A DNA stretch of 64,000 bases, from contig OZ024742.1 of the NCBI GenBank assembly GCA_964016885.1, positions 222,642,001 through 222,706,000 on the forward strand. Direction: 5' to 3'. The stretch comes from Eledone cirrhosa (lineage: Eukaryota). Below are positions 1-12,776 of the stretch, in pieces. Every line of letters starts with the position of its first letter. Position 1 is the stretch's first letter. The notes under the pieces are model-generated. The model searched no databases, was not told the DNA's origin, and saw only the letters and a list, made by a program, of their open reading frames with translations. The position numbers and the translations under genes are program-made.

Positions 1-2039
1 TCATCTCAGGCACATTTACCTCAAGGAATTTTCCCCGTGTCTCTTGTACATCCAATTGTCTCCTTGCCTCTATCTCAAACAAAGGTTTTCCTGGTCCTAT
101 ATCCAGTAACTGTTTCTTTATCTCCACTGCAGGTAATTTATTCCATGTTGTTGGTGGTGGATCTGGGGTAGAATCACTTGGTAGGTTTGGTAAATGTTCT
201 ATATTTAGATCTGTCTGTAAATCTATCTGGTGTACAATCTGTTGACTTGGTACATGATCTGTTGTCTGTTCATATAACAGATATTCAGATGACTGTAGAT
301 TAGGCATGGAGGCTGTTCTATTCACATCTGGTAGATATTCTGATGTTTGTAGATTAGGCAGGGAGTCTGTTCTATTTACATCTGGAAGGTGTTTGGCAGT
401 CTGTAGATTAGACAGATGTTTTATTTTCTGTGGATTAGGGCTGGGGGCCTCTACTTTTATAACAAGTAACTGTTCTGTTCTCTGTAGATCAAGCAGATGA
501 TCTTTTATCTGTGGATCTGGAAAGTGCTCTTTTGTCTGTGGATTTGACAGGTGTTTCACTATCAGTTGATCTGGCAGATGTCTTGGTGTCTGTGGATCTG
601 GCAGATGTCTTTCTATCTGAGAATGTGAAAAATGATCTTTCATCTGTGAATCTGACAGATGTCTTACAATCTGGGGATTTGAGAAGTGATTGTTTATCTG
701 TGAATCTGGCAGTTGTTTCACAATCTGTGGATCTGACAGATGTCTTGCTGTCTGTGGATGTGAAAGGTTTTTTATTTGTGGATCTGACAGGTGCTTTGCC
801 ATCTGTGGATCTGGTACATGCTTCATTACTGGAAGATCTGGTGTTTCCCCTCTTGTCTGGGGATCTGGCAGTTGCCTCACTACAGGAAGATCTGGGTTTT
901 CTCCTCCAATCTGTAGATCTAGCAGATGATGTACTGTCTGTGGATCTGACAGATGCTTTGTTACTGAATGATCTGCAGTTTCTCCAAGTGTTTGAAAACT
1001 TAACTTTTCTTTAGACTGTACATCTGATATTTCATCTCTTGTTTGAAAACCTGGCACATTTTCTTCAGTTTGTGAACCTAACATTTGTCTTTCAACATCT
1101 AAACATTCACCTGTCTGAATTACTGGTATTTGTCCCACAATCTTAACATCAGGCAATTCTTTATCACCACACAAAACACTGTCTAATCCTTTAGATAAAT
1201 TTATATTAACTCCTTTATTTACATCAGTAGTAGTTTCATTCGGCAGAATATTTTCTTCTGTGAATAAATTAAGTTGATTATCACAGCTACTGGGAAAATT
1301 AATTTCTGATTTTTCACTTTTAAGCAATAACTTATCATTTATATCTGCTGTGGAAGAACTACAAATATTAATATTTACATGTGGAGTTGTCTCACTACAA
1401 ATGGATGTATTGCATTTACTCTTGTTATGAGAGAAAGGTTTTAAAGAACTGCTAACCCCTATATCTCTGTTTTCAATATCCTTATCTAAAATGTTTGATT
1501 TTAGAGAAGAAATTTCTAAACTTGCTGAAGAAAGGGATGAAGTAGTGTCAGATATTTTCGCACCATCTTCCACATAAGAAATCAGTCTTTCAGAATTAGA
1601 TAGTTTTTGTTCAGAATTTATCTTCTTTACACAATCACCAGTGTTATAATTCTCAGGTATATAACTTTCATCTTTGCAGTCTAGTTTATCTTTGTTGAGA
1701 ACATCATCAACTACAGTGTAATTATCAGATTTAAAATCATCATCCTTGTTTACTTCGGTGGTAGTAGTAATGTTAACGCTCTCTAGCTTGCTGTTGTCTT
1801 TCAATTCAGCAACCTCTGGTTCAGTACTGGGTTTCTCTCTCACTACTGGAATATCTTTAGTTTTTGGCTCAGATATATCACAAGTAGCACTGTAAGTTCT
1901 ATCTTCTGGTGCCATATCTACAGAATTTGTGTGTTTTACAGCAAGAATATCATTATCATTATTAGCTGCTTTATTTCTTTTGTTAACATTCTTTGGTACA
2001 TGTACATCTTGTTGCTCAGTAGTTAGACTTTCAGAGTTT
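1..2039 (-). CDS. Gene A, giant internal coding exon (~680 codons, runs off the window start); low-complexity acidic/polar protein with degenerate 9-aa repeats
   Basis: The minus frame is stop-free from 2038 to 1 (NSESLTTEQQDVHVPK...KHLSDPQ...FLEVNVPEM). A polypyrimidine tract and AG acceptor lie at 2040-2041 (ttctgttgccaattctgtctag). Phase 2 matches the upstream exon. It is absent from the ORF track because it is open at the window edge. Confidence 0.88.
290..975 (-). repeat. Degenerate 27-bp coding tandem repeat (xxxHLS/PDPQ, roughly 20+ units)
   Basis: tctgtggatctg(a/g)cagatg recurs at 27-nt spacing and translates to KHLSDPQ / RHLPDPQ / EHFPDPQ. Confidence 0.85.
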
Positions 2040-2539
2040 CTAGACAGAATTGGCAACAGAAAATAAGAAACACTTCAATTTGTTATCATATTTCAAAATA
2101 TAAGGAAAAAAATCTAATTTAACAAAATATATTCTATTTATATATGTATATCCATGCTAGCATGGAAAAATAGGAGTTAAATGGTAATGATTATGATGAT
2201 GTATATTTGTATATTAAAAAAGAGGATGATGTTTTAGTTTAACATATTTTATTCATAATCACGTTTCACAAATGGCCAGCTTAGAGTCTTAATTGGTTAC
2301 AATCAATTTGACTCTAGGATCGATTTGCTCATTAAATGCAATGGATATTAGAATCAGAGATGAACATATTCCAATAATGTCTAATAAGCAAATTGACTCT
2401 AGAGTCGAGCTGATTGGAACTGATTAAGGCTCTGAACTTTGGTAAAACACACATTACTCATGATTACAAATAAAATAAGTTGAACTAAAATTTTGATCTC
2501 TTTCTTAATATAAACACTGCATATTATGCCAATAACAAA

Positions 2540-3455
2540 CATATGGCAGAAACACCAGTTGGAATCAAGAGGACTGAGAGTGAACATAGCTAAGACAAAA
2601 GTGTTGATAAGTAGAAGAGAGGAAAATTACTCTGATTCATCAGGGAAAAGGCCATGGCATAAATTCCATAAAATGTACACAATGCAGATCTTGGGTACAC
2701 AAGAGGTTGTAGTGGGATAGCAGGCAAACTAACAAGTAGGGGAAAACTATGTATGCAGTAGATGTACAGGAAAAGTTGGTAGTAGTAATCACAGTGATTG
2801 ACACATTTTTCCAATGCAGGTGGGTTCTATAGAAGTGGTTGATAGCTTCCGGTACTTAGGTGATCAAATCAGTATGTGAGGGGGGTGTTCTGAGGCCATA
2901 GTATCTAGAATAAGGACGGGTTGGAAGAAGTTTAGGGAGCTGCTTCCTCTGTTGACAAAGAAGGGTTTCTCCCTTCATACGAAAGGACGGTTATATGATG
3001 CCTGTGTGAGATGCGCGATGCTGCATGGTAGTGAGACATGGGCAGCAACTGCAGAGGAATATGCGACGGCTGGAGAGAAATGAAGCAAGCATGCTCTGTT
3101 GGATGTGCAATGTCAATGTGCGTGAACAACCAACCATAGATCAGTTGAAAAAGAAACTGGTTATAAGAGGGATAAGTTGTGGTGTGCAGGAGAGAAGACT
3201 GAGATGGTATGGACATGTGATGCGCATGGAGGATGACCGCTGGGTAAAGAAGTACCAATAAATCCCAGTAGAAGGAAGACACAGTCAAGGAAGACCACGA
3301 AAAACATGGGCGGAGGTGGGTGAGAGCAGACCTCAGATTGCTGGAACTCACGGAGATGACGAAGGACAGTGACAAGTAGAGAGATGCTGTGCTGAATAGG
3401 ACCCGTCTCACCCTTGCAAGCAGGGAAAAGCGGACATATGATGATGATGATGACT
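2540..3455 (+). mobile_element. RTE-clade LINE, 5'-truncated and degenerate 3' fragment
   Basis: GLRVNIAKTKVL and ERRLRWYGHVMRM motifs with frameshifts; (GAT)n tail at ~3440-3453. Confidence 0.85.
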
Positions 3456-3730
3456 ACCAACATATACACTAAAAATATGTTACTATGTACATCCTTTCAT
3501 GATTACTACTATATTTACATGGCCTTATTAAACCATCAGTTACATACTTCATTGTAGTTTTTTGATGTGCATATTCTCTGTTGAGATCCCAATTAGGGTC
3601 GTAAATCGATTCAGAATATTTATCTCTTTTCAATTTACAAGGAAATATATATATTTGACATGTATATATGTCTGTAGACTGAATGTGTATATTTAATATG
3701 TTTTTACTCAGTCTAGGTTAGACTCTGTAC

Positions 3731-3770
<40 letters not shown>

Positions 3771-3774
<4 letters not shown>

Positions 3775-5747
3775 GCGAAATCTGTCCACGCTTTGAACCC
3801 TGGGAGACACCTAAAAATCAAATTCTAGGTCACCATCCTTTTCGGTGTAAACAAGTCCATGCTTGGGCAATCCCTCAAGGCGGGAAACAGAAAATGACAG
3901 GTATAAAAAGCCTGTATCATCCCACGTCTAACACACAGAGAGATCGGAGCAGTACGCTAGAGAATAGCTATATAAAACATTCACCGCTACCTACAGGCAA
4001 TTGATGTCTACAGACAACCACAGACCATCTCTCTCTCTCTCTCTCTCTCTCCTGGTCTCAGACTACAGACTACGCCAGCATCATGAAGCAACACCAAAAA
4101 CACTTTCAACTGTTGTAACTCTTTATAACCTGTTCTTTGTGAATTTATGAAGTGAAGTGAAGTAAACTTTTTTATATATAAAGTAAACCAGCTATTCTTG
4201 TTATTTCATCTAACGACCACTACTAATCCCCTTCTTTACATTGGTGACCCTGCCGCGAGAACGAACAGGTTCCTCTAAAAAAAAAATAAGAAGTGGTATT
4301 TTAAAAAAGAAAACAATATGCAACCTTTCTTCACATGGCTTCCACTGCCAGCATCAACAACTTTCTCAGCAATATATAATTACCAAGCTTCTCATCTGTA
4401 TGGTACGATATGATAAAACTTCACTTCTTCAAATTATTCACCAAACTTCAATTCTNNNNNNNNNNNNNNNNNNNNNNNNNNNNNNNNNNNNNNNNNNNNN
4501 NNNNNNNNNNNNNNNNNNNNNNNNNNNNNNNNNNNNNNNNNNNNNNNNNNNNNNNNNNNNNNNNNNNNNNNNNNNNNNNNNNNNNNNNNNNNNNNNNNNN
4601 NNNNNNNNNNNNNNNNNNNNNNNNNNNNNNNNNNNNNNNNNNNNNNNNNNNNNNNCGTTCATTTTTTTTTTACTATATTATATGCCTGCATACACATACA
4701 CGTTTTACATCAAACACACAACATTTTCTTTTGACACACAAATAGTTTGTTACCTGTAATATATGTTCTTGATTCGATGGGGATTCTGCGAGATCACTTT
4801 TCACCTGGTCGAGGTACGGCAACAGCTATAAAAACACATGAAACTCACCCACACTGGGACTACTTGCCTGGATTCACTCAGGCACGCAACTCAAAATTGT
4901 ACACACTCATGTCATAGCGTAAACCTTGACTCACTGGAAAAGCATTTTACGTATAATAATACATTGAGAGAAATAGTCCTCTGTATTGTCATATAATCCG
5001 ATACCGCAACCCCAAACATTCAGCCATCCATACACAACAGTGCGAAATACATGATCACAACTCTGTATATTTACAGTTTCTTATAAATGTTACACACACA
5101 CATGCCATGCATACACAGTTATACAATCATTTTTTTTCTCTCTCCAAATTTCTCTGCACTCGAAATACGGGTGCAGTACCCACATTTTTGGTGTTTTGGA
5201 ACACGCTTCTGGAATCAGATTTCGCTACCCCTTTTGTAATCGATCACTGCTCCTGCATCGATCTGGGTATGGAACTAATGTAGCGAAATCTGTCCACGCT
5301 TTGAACCCTGAGAGACACCTAAAAATTAAATTCTAGGTCACCATCCTTTTTGGCGTAAACAAGTCCATGCGACGGCGATCCTCGAGGCGGGAAATAGAAA
5401 CGACAGGTATAAAAAAGCCTGTATTATCCCACGTCTAACACACAGAGAGATCGGAGCAGTACGCTAGAGAATAGCTATGTAAAACATTCACTGCTACCTA
5501 CAGGCCACTGGGGTCTACAAAACAACCACAGACCATTACTCTCTCTCTCCTGGGTCTCAGACTACAGACTACGCCAGCATCATGAAGCAACACCAAAAAC
5601 ACTTTCAACTGTTGTAACTCTTTATAACCTGTTCTTTGTGAATTTATGAAGTGAAGTGAAGAAGTAAACCTTTTTATATATAAAGTAAACCAGCTATTCT
5701 TGTTATTTCATCTAACGACCACTACTTAATCTTCTCTCTTCTTTACA
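3771..5747 (+). mobile_element. LTR retroelement (Gypsy-like, apparently non-autonomous): LTRs 3771-4240 and 5279-5747, tRNA-Trp-like PBS
   Basis: Two ~470-bp direct repeats bounded by TGTAGC...TTTACA. TGGTGACCCTGCCG follows the 5' LTR (the Trp PBS is TGGTGACCCCGACG). Inserted in (TA)n. The internal region spans an assembly gap. Confidence 0.85.
4456..4655. other. Assembly gap (200 N)
   Basis: Run of N. Confidence 0.99.
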
Positions 5748-5754
5748 TTATATA

Positions 5755-7380
5755 TATGAAGAAGGTTTCCACTGCCAGGGGAACGACCGCAGAACCTGTC
5801 GGAGAGCGACCAGTATTTGAGGAGTTTGGCCCCCTCAGCCGATGTGCAGCAGAACCTGGGTCAGTCGCAGACTGCACCAGGTTGCGGTTGCAGAAAGATG
5901 TCGATGCAAGTGGCATCCCAGACGAGGGGTTTGCCACCGCGGAACGGGAAGATGGTCATGCTATCTGGCCTTTTGCCGTCCCTCGATCCAGCCCCACCGG
6001 CTCGAGCTGCGAAGGGAAGCCTGCAGCGTCCAAGCCATGCTTAATGACCTTGTTGAGGGCAGTATGGCATGGAATGCGGCCGGCACTGTGGCGACAGGAA
6101 AGCGGGTAGAGGCCGAAAGAGTCCACAGTGGAACCGCAGCGACATTGGTGTGGCTGGCAGATCCGGAGGCCGAGCCTCAGGGAAACACCGATTTGCAGGC
6201 TATGGTTGTCTAGCTGCGTGCCAGTGGAGAAGGAGGGCAGAGCATGGAGCCAGGCACCACTGTGGGGTTTGGAGGCCGCACGAAAACAAGCAAGGCGGTG
6301 CTGGTCGAGCTGGCACGTGAGCCTGTCTGAGGCCAGGCTGCACTGGATGGCATCCCAAGTGCGTTGGGGAGACTTGACGTCAATAGGGGAGAAGGAGGAG
6401 GGACGTCTACAGAGCTAAGTCCCAGCCGGTCCCACGTCTCACAGGCGGCCTCACATTCTCTGAGCACAGAGGGTTCTGTTGTTTTGAAGGACCCTGCTGA
6501 CGAGGACGCGGCACGAGGTTACCAATGAAAGATACGCTGGCAAAGCTAATGAGATCGGGGACCGGAGGCCTAGGCCGCCATACCTGACCGGTAAAGTCGC
6601 CTGTTGCCACCCTATGTCGTCAAACTTGACGTTGCATATCCCTTCGGCTGCTGCTCGGATACAAGTATTGAGGTCAGCGAGGAGAGATGTCTGGGTGTAG
6701 CATGGAGCGCTGCGGAGTGTATAGAGGAGCTTCGGCATGGCGAAGCAGTTTCTCAGCAGAAAGAGAGCTGGGTGGCCGTCAATCAAGCCCAGTCGGCTCG
6801 TGAGAGTCTGGAGCTGTTGAGGCCTGGACCTGATGATGGAGCGGATGGCCAGCGGGGGGATCGGTGACCCGAGGATGAGGACATCCTCTTTGGGGGTCAC
6901 CTGAACCTGGTGGAGAATGGACCGCACATCCAAGACGGAGGCTGCAAAGCTCACAGCATCGAGGCTGATGTTCACCACCTCCGACTTGGCCGGGTTGACC
7001 TGGAGGCCGATTCCCGCCAGGGCAGGAATCACCAATTGAAGGTCTTGGCAGACCATCCGTACGGGCCCGCCCAACGTAGCATCATCCAGATACCAAACGT
7101 TGAGAGGGGTCGTGATACTCCGGGCTATGTGGTCAATACTAAAGGCGAACAGGAGGCGTCCCAAAGGGTCGCCCTGTTGGACCCCAGTAGCTGAGGGTAT
7201 GACTGTATCAGCAGCTAGGAGCATGCTCGGGGCTCCATATGACAGGTAGGCCAGCGGGTAGGCAGAGGGGGCTCGGCTGAGGCAGGCCTCGAGCAGATGA
7301 TCCCGGCGTGAAGAGTTAAAGGCATTCCTCATGTCAAGCTTGACAATGAAGTGCCTGGAGTCCCTGGATGCCGGTACCGA
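5755..7380 (-). mobile_element. CRE-clade non-LTR retrotransposon (RT + zinc finger + restriction-like endonuclease), truncated at both ends and frameshifted
   Basis: RT motifs KLDMRNAFNS, GVQQGDPLG, WYLDD and LPVRYGGLG. Downstream frames give SGAWLHALPS, CRCG..LSC, RPD...GKPLVWDAT and VPLAVET. GC-rich. Confidence 0.85.
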
Positions 7381-7766
7381 TGGGCAGCTGAAGTGTTCAT
7401 GGTTCAAAGACTGTGCATGCTGATGCATTTTGGCACTAGCACTACTATTTTACAGATTGTACTGGATGCATTTTATTTTGACACCAACACTAGAAAGGTT
7501 GTCTTGTGTTATTGACAGAGATAAAGCACCCTCACTTGGCATGTGAGGGAAATTTTAACACCAAAAAATAAATGATAAATATAAAGTGAATTTAAAATTT
7601 TTCTATGTGTGTTTTGACTGGCTAAAATGACTCTTCCACAAAGTAATTGCTTTAGTTTCAAGAAACAACCTCAGATCAAGTCTCTTGCCAGACATGTACA
7701 ATTGCGATAAAAATGACTCTTCTACAACATAATTGCTTTAAATATTTTCAATAAAGTTTTACTCAC

Positions 7767-7838
7767 TTATTCACTATTTTAATATTGGTATCTTTAACAG
7801 TCTTGTTTCGAGAAGAAAATGCAGGAATAATCTTTTGA
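7767..7838 (-). CDS. Gene A coding exon 3 (72 nt, phase 2/2): SQKIIPAFSSRNKTVKDTNIKIVNK
   Basis: tttttatag acceptor and gtgagt donor; open frame; phases fit both neighbouring exons. Confidence 0.78.
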
Positions 7839-9027
7839 CTATAAAAAATTTTAAAAATTGATTATATAATATGATTCAGTCGAAAAATTTATAATACAAT
7901 CTTTATGAAATAGTTCAATACATTAAATACATTCTATGATCATATAGAGTTATGAGAGGTTGTAATGTACTCATTCAGACTGAAGAGACTGCCCTACTCC
8001 ATAGTGTCTCCATTTGATCATCAACCTCTTTACAGAATGCACAGAGTACATTATATCATGGCCCTAGCACTAGAGAGTTTGTCATGCCTTTGACAAGACC
8101 AAAGGGTTGTCTATACTCTATGTTGACTTGGTTCATTTGCCAGCTATTTTACAGGGATTATGGAGTGCATTCTATCGGATTGTCCTGTCTACTGCAGACT
8201 AAAAGGAGACCTCTCCCTTCCAAAAAGTCTGCGATCCACCCTCCACCCCACATTTACATTTAGCATCACAGTGCTTGAACTGGTGGATGGATATTTTCTT
8301 ACACAGCAAGTCACCCATCATCACAATCCTGCGCCATCTCTTTCATGAGGTTCAGTTTTTTTAAGCCATTTTTCACAACTTTGTGCCATGTCTTCCTGGG
8401 TATCCCTATTTTATATTAAGGGAACATCAACTTCCTTTGTGTTGGTGTAACAATAAAATGCACCCAGTACATTCTGTAAAGTGTAGGAAGATACATGAGT
8501 GAAATGTGACCCCTGGCCTATCAGTGAGGACAATGGCTCCGATTAAGTACTAGCTTGGTCTGTGATAACCCAACCCAACTATGCTAGCATGGAAAAGCAA
8601 ATGTTAAACGAGGATGATGATACACAATGGGCTTCTGTACAGATACCATTTACAAAATTCTCCAACAAAATATTGGTCAGCTTGTAGTTATAGTAAAAGA
8701 CACTTGCCTAAGGTGTCATGTGGTGAGAGAGAACACAAAACCAGGTGGTTGCAATGCATACTTCTTAACCACAAAACAATGCTTGTATCTATATACTAAT
8801 ATAAACATAAATATACCAATTTCAGAAATAATATCTAAACATTACAGAAATACATTAATAGATCCTTTTAAATTGATGATATATGTAGCATGGCCATGGC
8901 ATCATGCCAAAGTAAGACATAAACTAGACTGTGTGCCAATACCTCCTCAGGATTGGCATTGCAATTGTATGGAAACAAATAAGTTATTGATGTTTTTCAT
9001 GTAGTTGTAATCATTGAAGTGATTATA

Positions 9028-9091
<64 letters not shown>

Positions 9092-9094
9092 AAT

Positions 9095-9380
9095 GTGTAT
9101 TGCTTTGTGGTTAAGGTATTCAGATCACAACCATAAGGTTGTGAGTTCGATTCCCAGTGGTGCATTGTGACCTTAAGCAAGACACTTTATTTCACATTGC
9201 TCCAGTCCATTCTGCTGGGAAAAATGAGTTGTACCTGTAATTCACATTCGGAGTTACACTGAATCTCCCAGAGAATTACGTTAAGGGTATGCGTGTCTGT
9301 GCAATGTACGTTAGTTTCACGAGCAGGCTGTTCCATTGATCAGATCAATTGGAACACTTGTCGTCATAACCGACAGAGTG
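9095..9380 (+). mobile_element. tRNA-derived SINE (representative; related copies at ~13785-14120, 21180-21330, 43925-44260, 51930-52240)
   Basis: A-box-like gtggttaagg and B-box gagttcgattccc, followed by a body shared among many dispersed copies. Confidence 0.7.
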
Positions 9381-9394
9381 CCTTCATATATATA

Positions 9395-9660
9395 TATCAT
9401 CATCATCATTTTACGTCCGCTTTTCCCTGCTAGCAAGGGTGGCACGGGTCTTATTCAGCACAGCATCTCTCCACTTGTCACGGTCCTTCGTCATCTCCAC
9501 CGTGAGCTTCAGCGATCTGGGGCCTATTCTCACCACCTCCGTCTATGTTTTTCGTGGTCTACCTCTACCACGTCTTCCTTCAACTGGCTTTTCCTGGCAC
9601 TTCTTCACCCATCGGTCATCCTCCATGCGCATCACATGTCCATACCACCGCAGTCTCCTC
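9395..9660 (-). mobile_element. RTE LINE 3' end
   Basis: Reverse-complement homolog of 3190-3455, with a (CAT)n tail. Confidence 0.8.
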
Positions 9661-10139
9661 ATCATCATTTTACGTCCACTTTTCCCTGCTTGCAAAGGTG
9701 GGACAGGAACTGATTCTGGCTTGTTTTCTACAGCTGGATGCCCTTCCTAACACCAACCTCATTTACAGTGAGTGCTGGGTGCTCTTTTTCCGTGGCACCT
9801 ACACGACCACTTTGCAGTGGAATGATAGGGACCCCAGTCTCTATCATCTCATTTCTACAGCTGAGTAAACTGGAGCAATGTGAAATAAAGTGTCTTGCTC
9901 AAGGAAACAACACATCACCCGGTCTGAGAATTAAACCGGGTGATGTGTTGTTTCCTTGAGCAACACACTTTATTTCACATTGGGAGAGATTTATTAATTA
10001 TCCCTATATATTTTCGATTCACATCCATCAACTGGTTTTTTTTCCGGGGGAGGGGGGGGAGGGGGGGGGGGGGGGGGGGGGTCTGTCGGAAAGGTGCGAA
10101 ACGTGTCCTCTGCTGTTCGTTGTTTTGAATATTTGACAG

Positions 10140-10219
<80 letters not shown>

Positions 10220-10220
10220 A

Positions 10221-12540
10221 TTGTTATACTTTGGGAGGGTCATGTTGCCAAAAAGAAACACACGCACCAGTTGCTTTCACTTCAATTTATTATAATAAAT
10301 TTATAAATTTCCGGTTGGTTGGTTGGTTGGTTCCACAACCAGATGGTTGTTTATATATTGTCAAAGTTCTTTCGTCACACATTCTGTGACCTCTTCAGTG
10401 ACTGGGGATTCTTTTCTTTGTTTTTGTGCCTCTCCTTTGTTCTGTCCTACGCCATCTTGTTTCTGTGTGTGTGTTGTGTGCTCAGTCCGCGCATGCGCCA
10501 CATCCGGGTGTCTGTGTGTGTTTATATTCGTTTATTTATTTGTTTATTTATATGTTGCTGGTTGGTTGTTTGTTCTATGTGCGTGTGTGTTTTCATTTTG
10601 TCCTTAATTGTAAGTTGTGATGTTGTTGTTCCACTCATGTTTTCTATTTAATTTTGGTTGTAATTCTTTTATGTTTATTGCCTCTGTGATTTGTCTAAAC
10701 ATTGTGTCTTTTCTGTGTGTAGATTCTATTTTTATTTCTATGTTCTCTAATTTACCCTTATGTTCTATTTTAGCATGTTGGTAGAGTACAGATGATTCTT
10801 TACTATCTTGAAGGTCTCGCCAGTGTTCATTTATCCGTTCCCCTACACTACGAGCTGTCTCACCTATGTACACTATATTTTTATCTCTACATTGTCCTTC
10901 AGTACATCTTATGCTATATACTACATTTCTAGTTTTACAGTTAATATGGGGGCTTAATTTACAGGTTATACATTTCTTATCTATACAGGGGGGTCTTTGA
11001 AAAGGGTATGTCTTGCTAATAAGTGTTTTTATGGAGGTACCTGGTCTTTCTACTATCTTAATATTGAGTTTATGTTTATCTAGGGCCCTTCTAAATTTGT
11101 AAGCTAATTCACCTCTAGAGGTTGTATCGATGAACACTACACTCTGGTATTTATTGCTATCATACCATGGGTTTATTCTATTAGCCTTATTCCTAGTTCT
11201 TTCTATTCTATTCCAAAATTTGCTCCTATACAAGGGGCAGGTCCCATTTGTGTCATTATTTACCATTTTTTCCCATTTGGTTCTGGCTCCTCTATACACT
11301 CTGATTTTATCTCTCTGATTGTAACCAGAGAACTGCATACGGTGGATGAAGTGTTGTATGTGTCTCTCTAGTTCTTCTGGGTTGCACATGCGGGACACGT
11401 TTCTCATCACCCGTACCAAATCCGCAATCAGTATGTTGATTTTGGTATGGTCCGAAACAGCTGAGTTTCGGTGGATCAGATATTTGGAAGTCATGGGTTT
11501 GGCATAATGGGAATGGAGGATTTGTCTTTTGTTATTAATGGTATCTAACCAGAGCTCTGTGTCTAGTACAGGTAATCGATGGTTGGGGTGTTTGCTTGGG
11601 TAATCTATAGTAACTCTAATACTCTGGTGGATGGAGTTAGCTATTTGCTGGATGCTTTCCATTGTGTTTTTCTCTAATTCCTGACTGTTCTCTAGTGGGG
11701 GTGTTTTAACTACGATGTTTATATCATCAATGTAGCAGGAGTACACTATCAGGGTTAAGGGGTCTTCTAATTGTTCTTTAAGTTTAAGTTTAAGTCTACT
11801 GTCCCACCATACCATGAATAAGTTAGCTATGTTGCCTGCAATGCTAACACCAATGGCTGCTCCCTCCTCTTGGGCATATGTTTTTCCATTAAATTTGAAC
11901 ATATGTTCCTTAAGGGTTAATTTTATGCTGGCCCCCACCGCATGTGCAATCATTTTCTTCAGTTCATCGTGGTTTTCGGGGGTCCGTATGGCTCTGGTCC
12001 ACCCGTTCCATCTATCTGGGTGGGTTTCTTGGCCATTGAGGTAATGGTAGGTGGTCTGCCTCTTGCTGGTCTTGTAGGGCACAGGTTGCTAAGGTCATAT
12101 GTGTCTAGATAATTATTACTATAGGTAAGTTTAAGTAGGAGTCCCAGTTCACTGGTATCAATCCCATGGAACTCAACATTGCTCTCACTGATCATTTCTA
12201 CGCATTTCTCCACAGCAAAATCCACGTCAATAGATGGATACAGGGACACAACATCCATACTACCTATTATGCAGTTTGTTAGGTCCCTAGATCGGTTACT
12301 CTCGCCGATTCTGCTGAGGAGGTCCTCCGTGCTGTCACATACATCTGGGGACATTTCAATGATGGGGCGTATGATCAGGGAGAGGAAGTAGGACAGTCTG
12401 TAGTTACTAGCAATGTTAGCTCCACAGACTGGCCGTGTTGGTTGTCCCGTGACAAGGACACTGCCCGTTTTATGGTCTTTTCGAAGCCCATACAACGCTG
12501 GCACGTCATTGTTCCAGGCCTGGAAATCCAGAAACGAAAT
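10221..12540 (-). mobile_element. Penelope-like element (RT + Cys linker + GIY-YIG endonuclease), 5'-truncated, one frameshift near 12035, flanked by (TA)n
   Basis: ORFs 11959-12504 and 10604-12082 contain LYGLRKDHK, RPV, SMDVVSLYPSI, GAAIG, YIDD, CIDKKCITC and VVYSIRC...YIGET...R..EH...EA. The 3' UTR/pLTR carries an HHR. Confidence 0.93.
10360..10402 (-). ncRNA. Minimal type I hammerhead ribozyme in the PLE 3' pLTR (family A)
   Basis: Minus strand reads GUCA CUGAAGA G GUCACA gaaug UGUGAC GAAA GAAC UU UGAC: helix I GUCA/UGAC, conserved core, helix II hairpin and vestigial helix III. Confidence 0.75.
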
Positions 12541-12776
12541 ATATATATATATTATCTAATAATATATATATATATATATATATAATATATATATATAATA
12601 TATATAATAATATATATATTATATATTATATATATATATATATATTATATTATTGTTTACAAACACACCGAGCATTATAATAAATGTTCGGTGAATACAT
12701 ACGTACATATATATATATAAACGGAAAAAATGAAACGAAATTTCATTTCTCACTCTTAGTACGGCTGTTACTTAAA

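Noticed and set aside
511-1014. 167-aa plus-strand ORF with SVDL repeats
   Set aside because: It is the antisense shadow of the 27-bp repeat; the minus frame is open for >2 kb and has a proper acceptor.
5756-7194. Cluster of plus-strand GC-rich ORFs
   Set aside because: They are antisense to the CRE element and open only because of high GC.
9095-9180. tRNA-like A/B boxes here and in many other places
   Set aside because: No cloverleaf or acceptor stem; they are SINE heads.
10090-10115. GAAACGTGTC half-hammerhead; similar weak motifs at ~58155-58210, 62947-63005 and 63195-63225
   Set aside because: No CUGAnGA core or helix I could be assigned.
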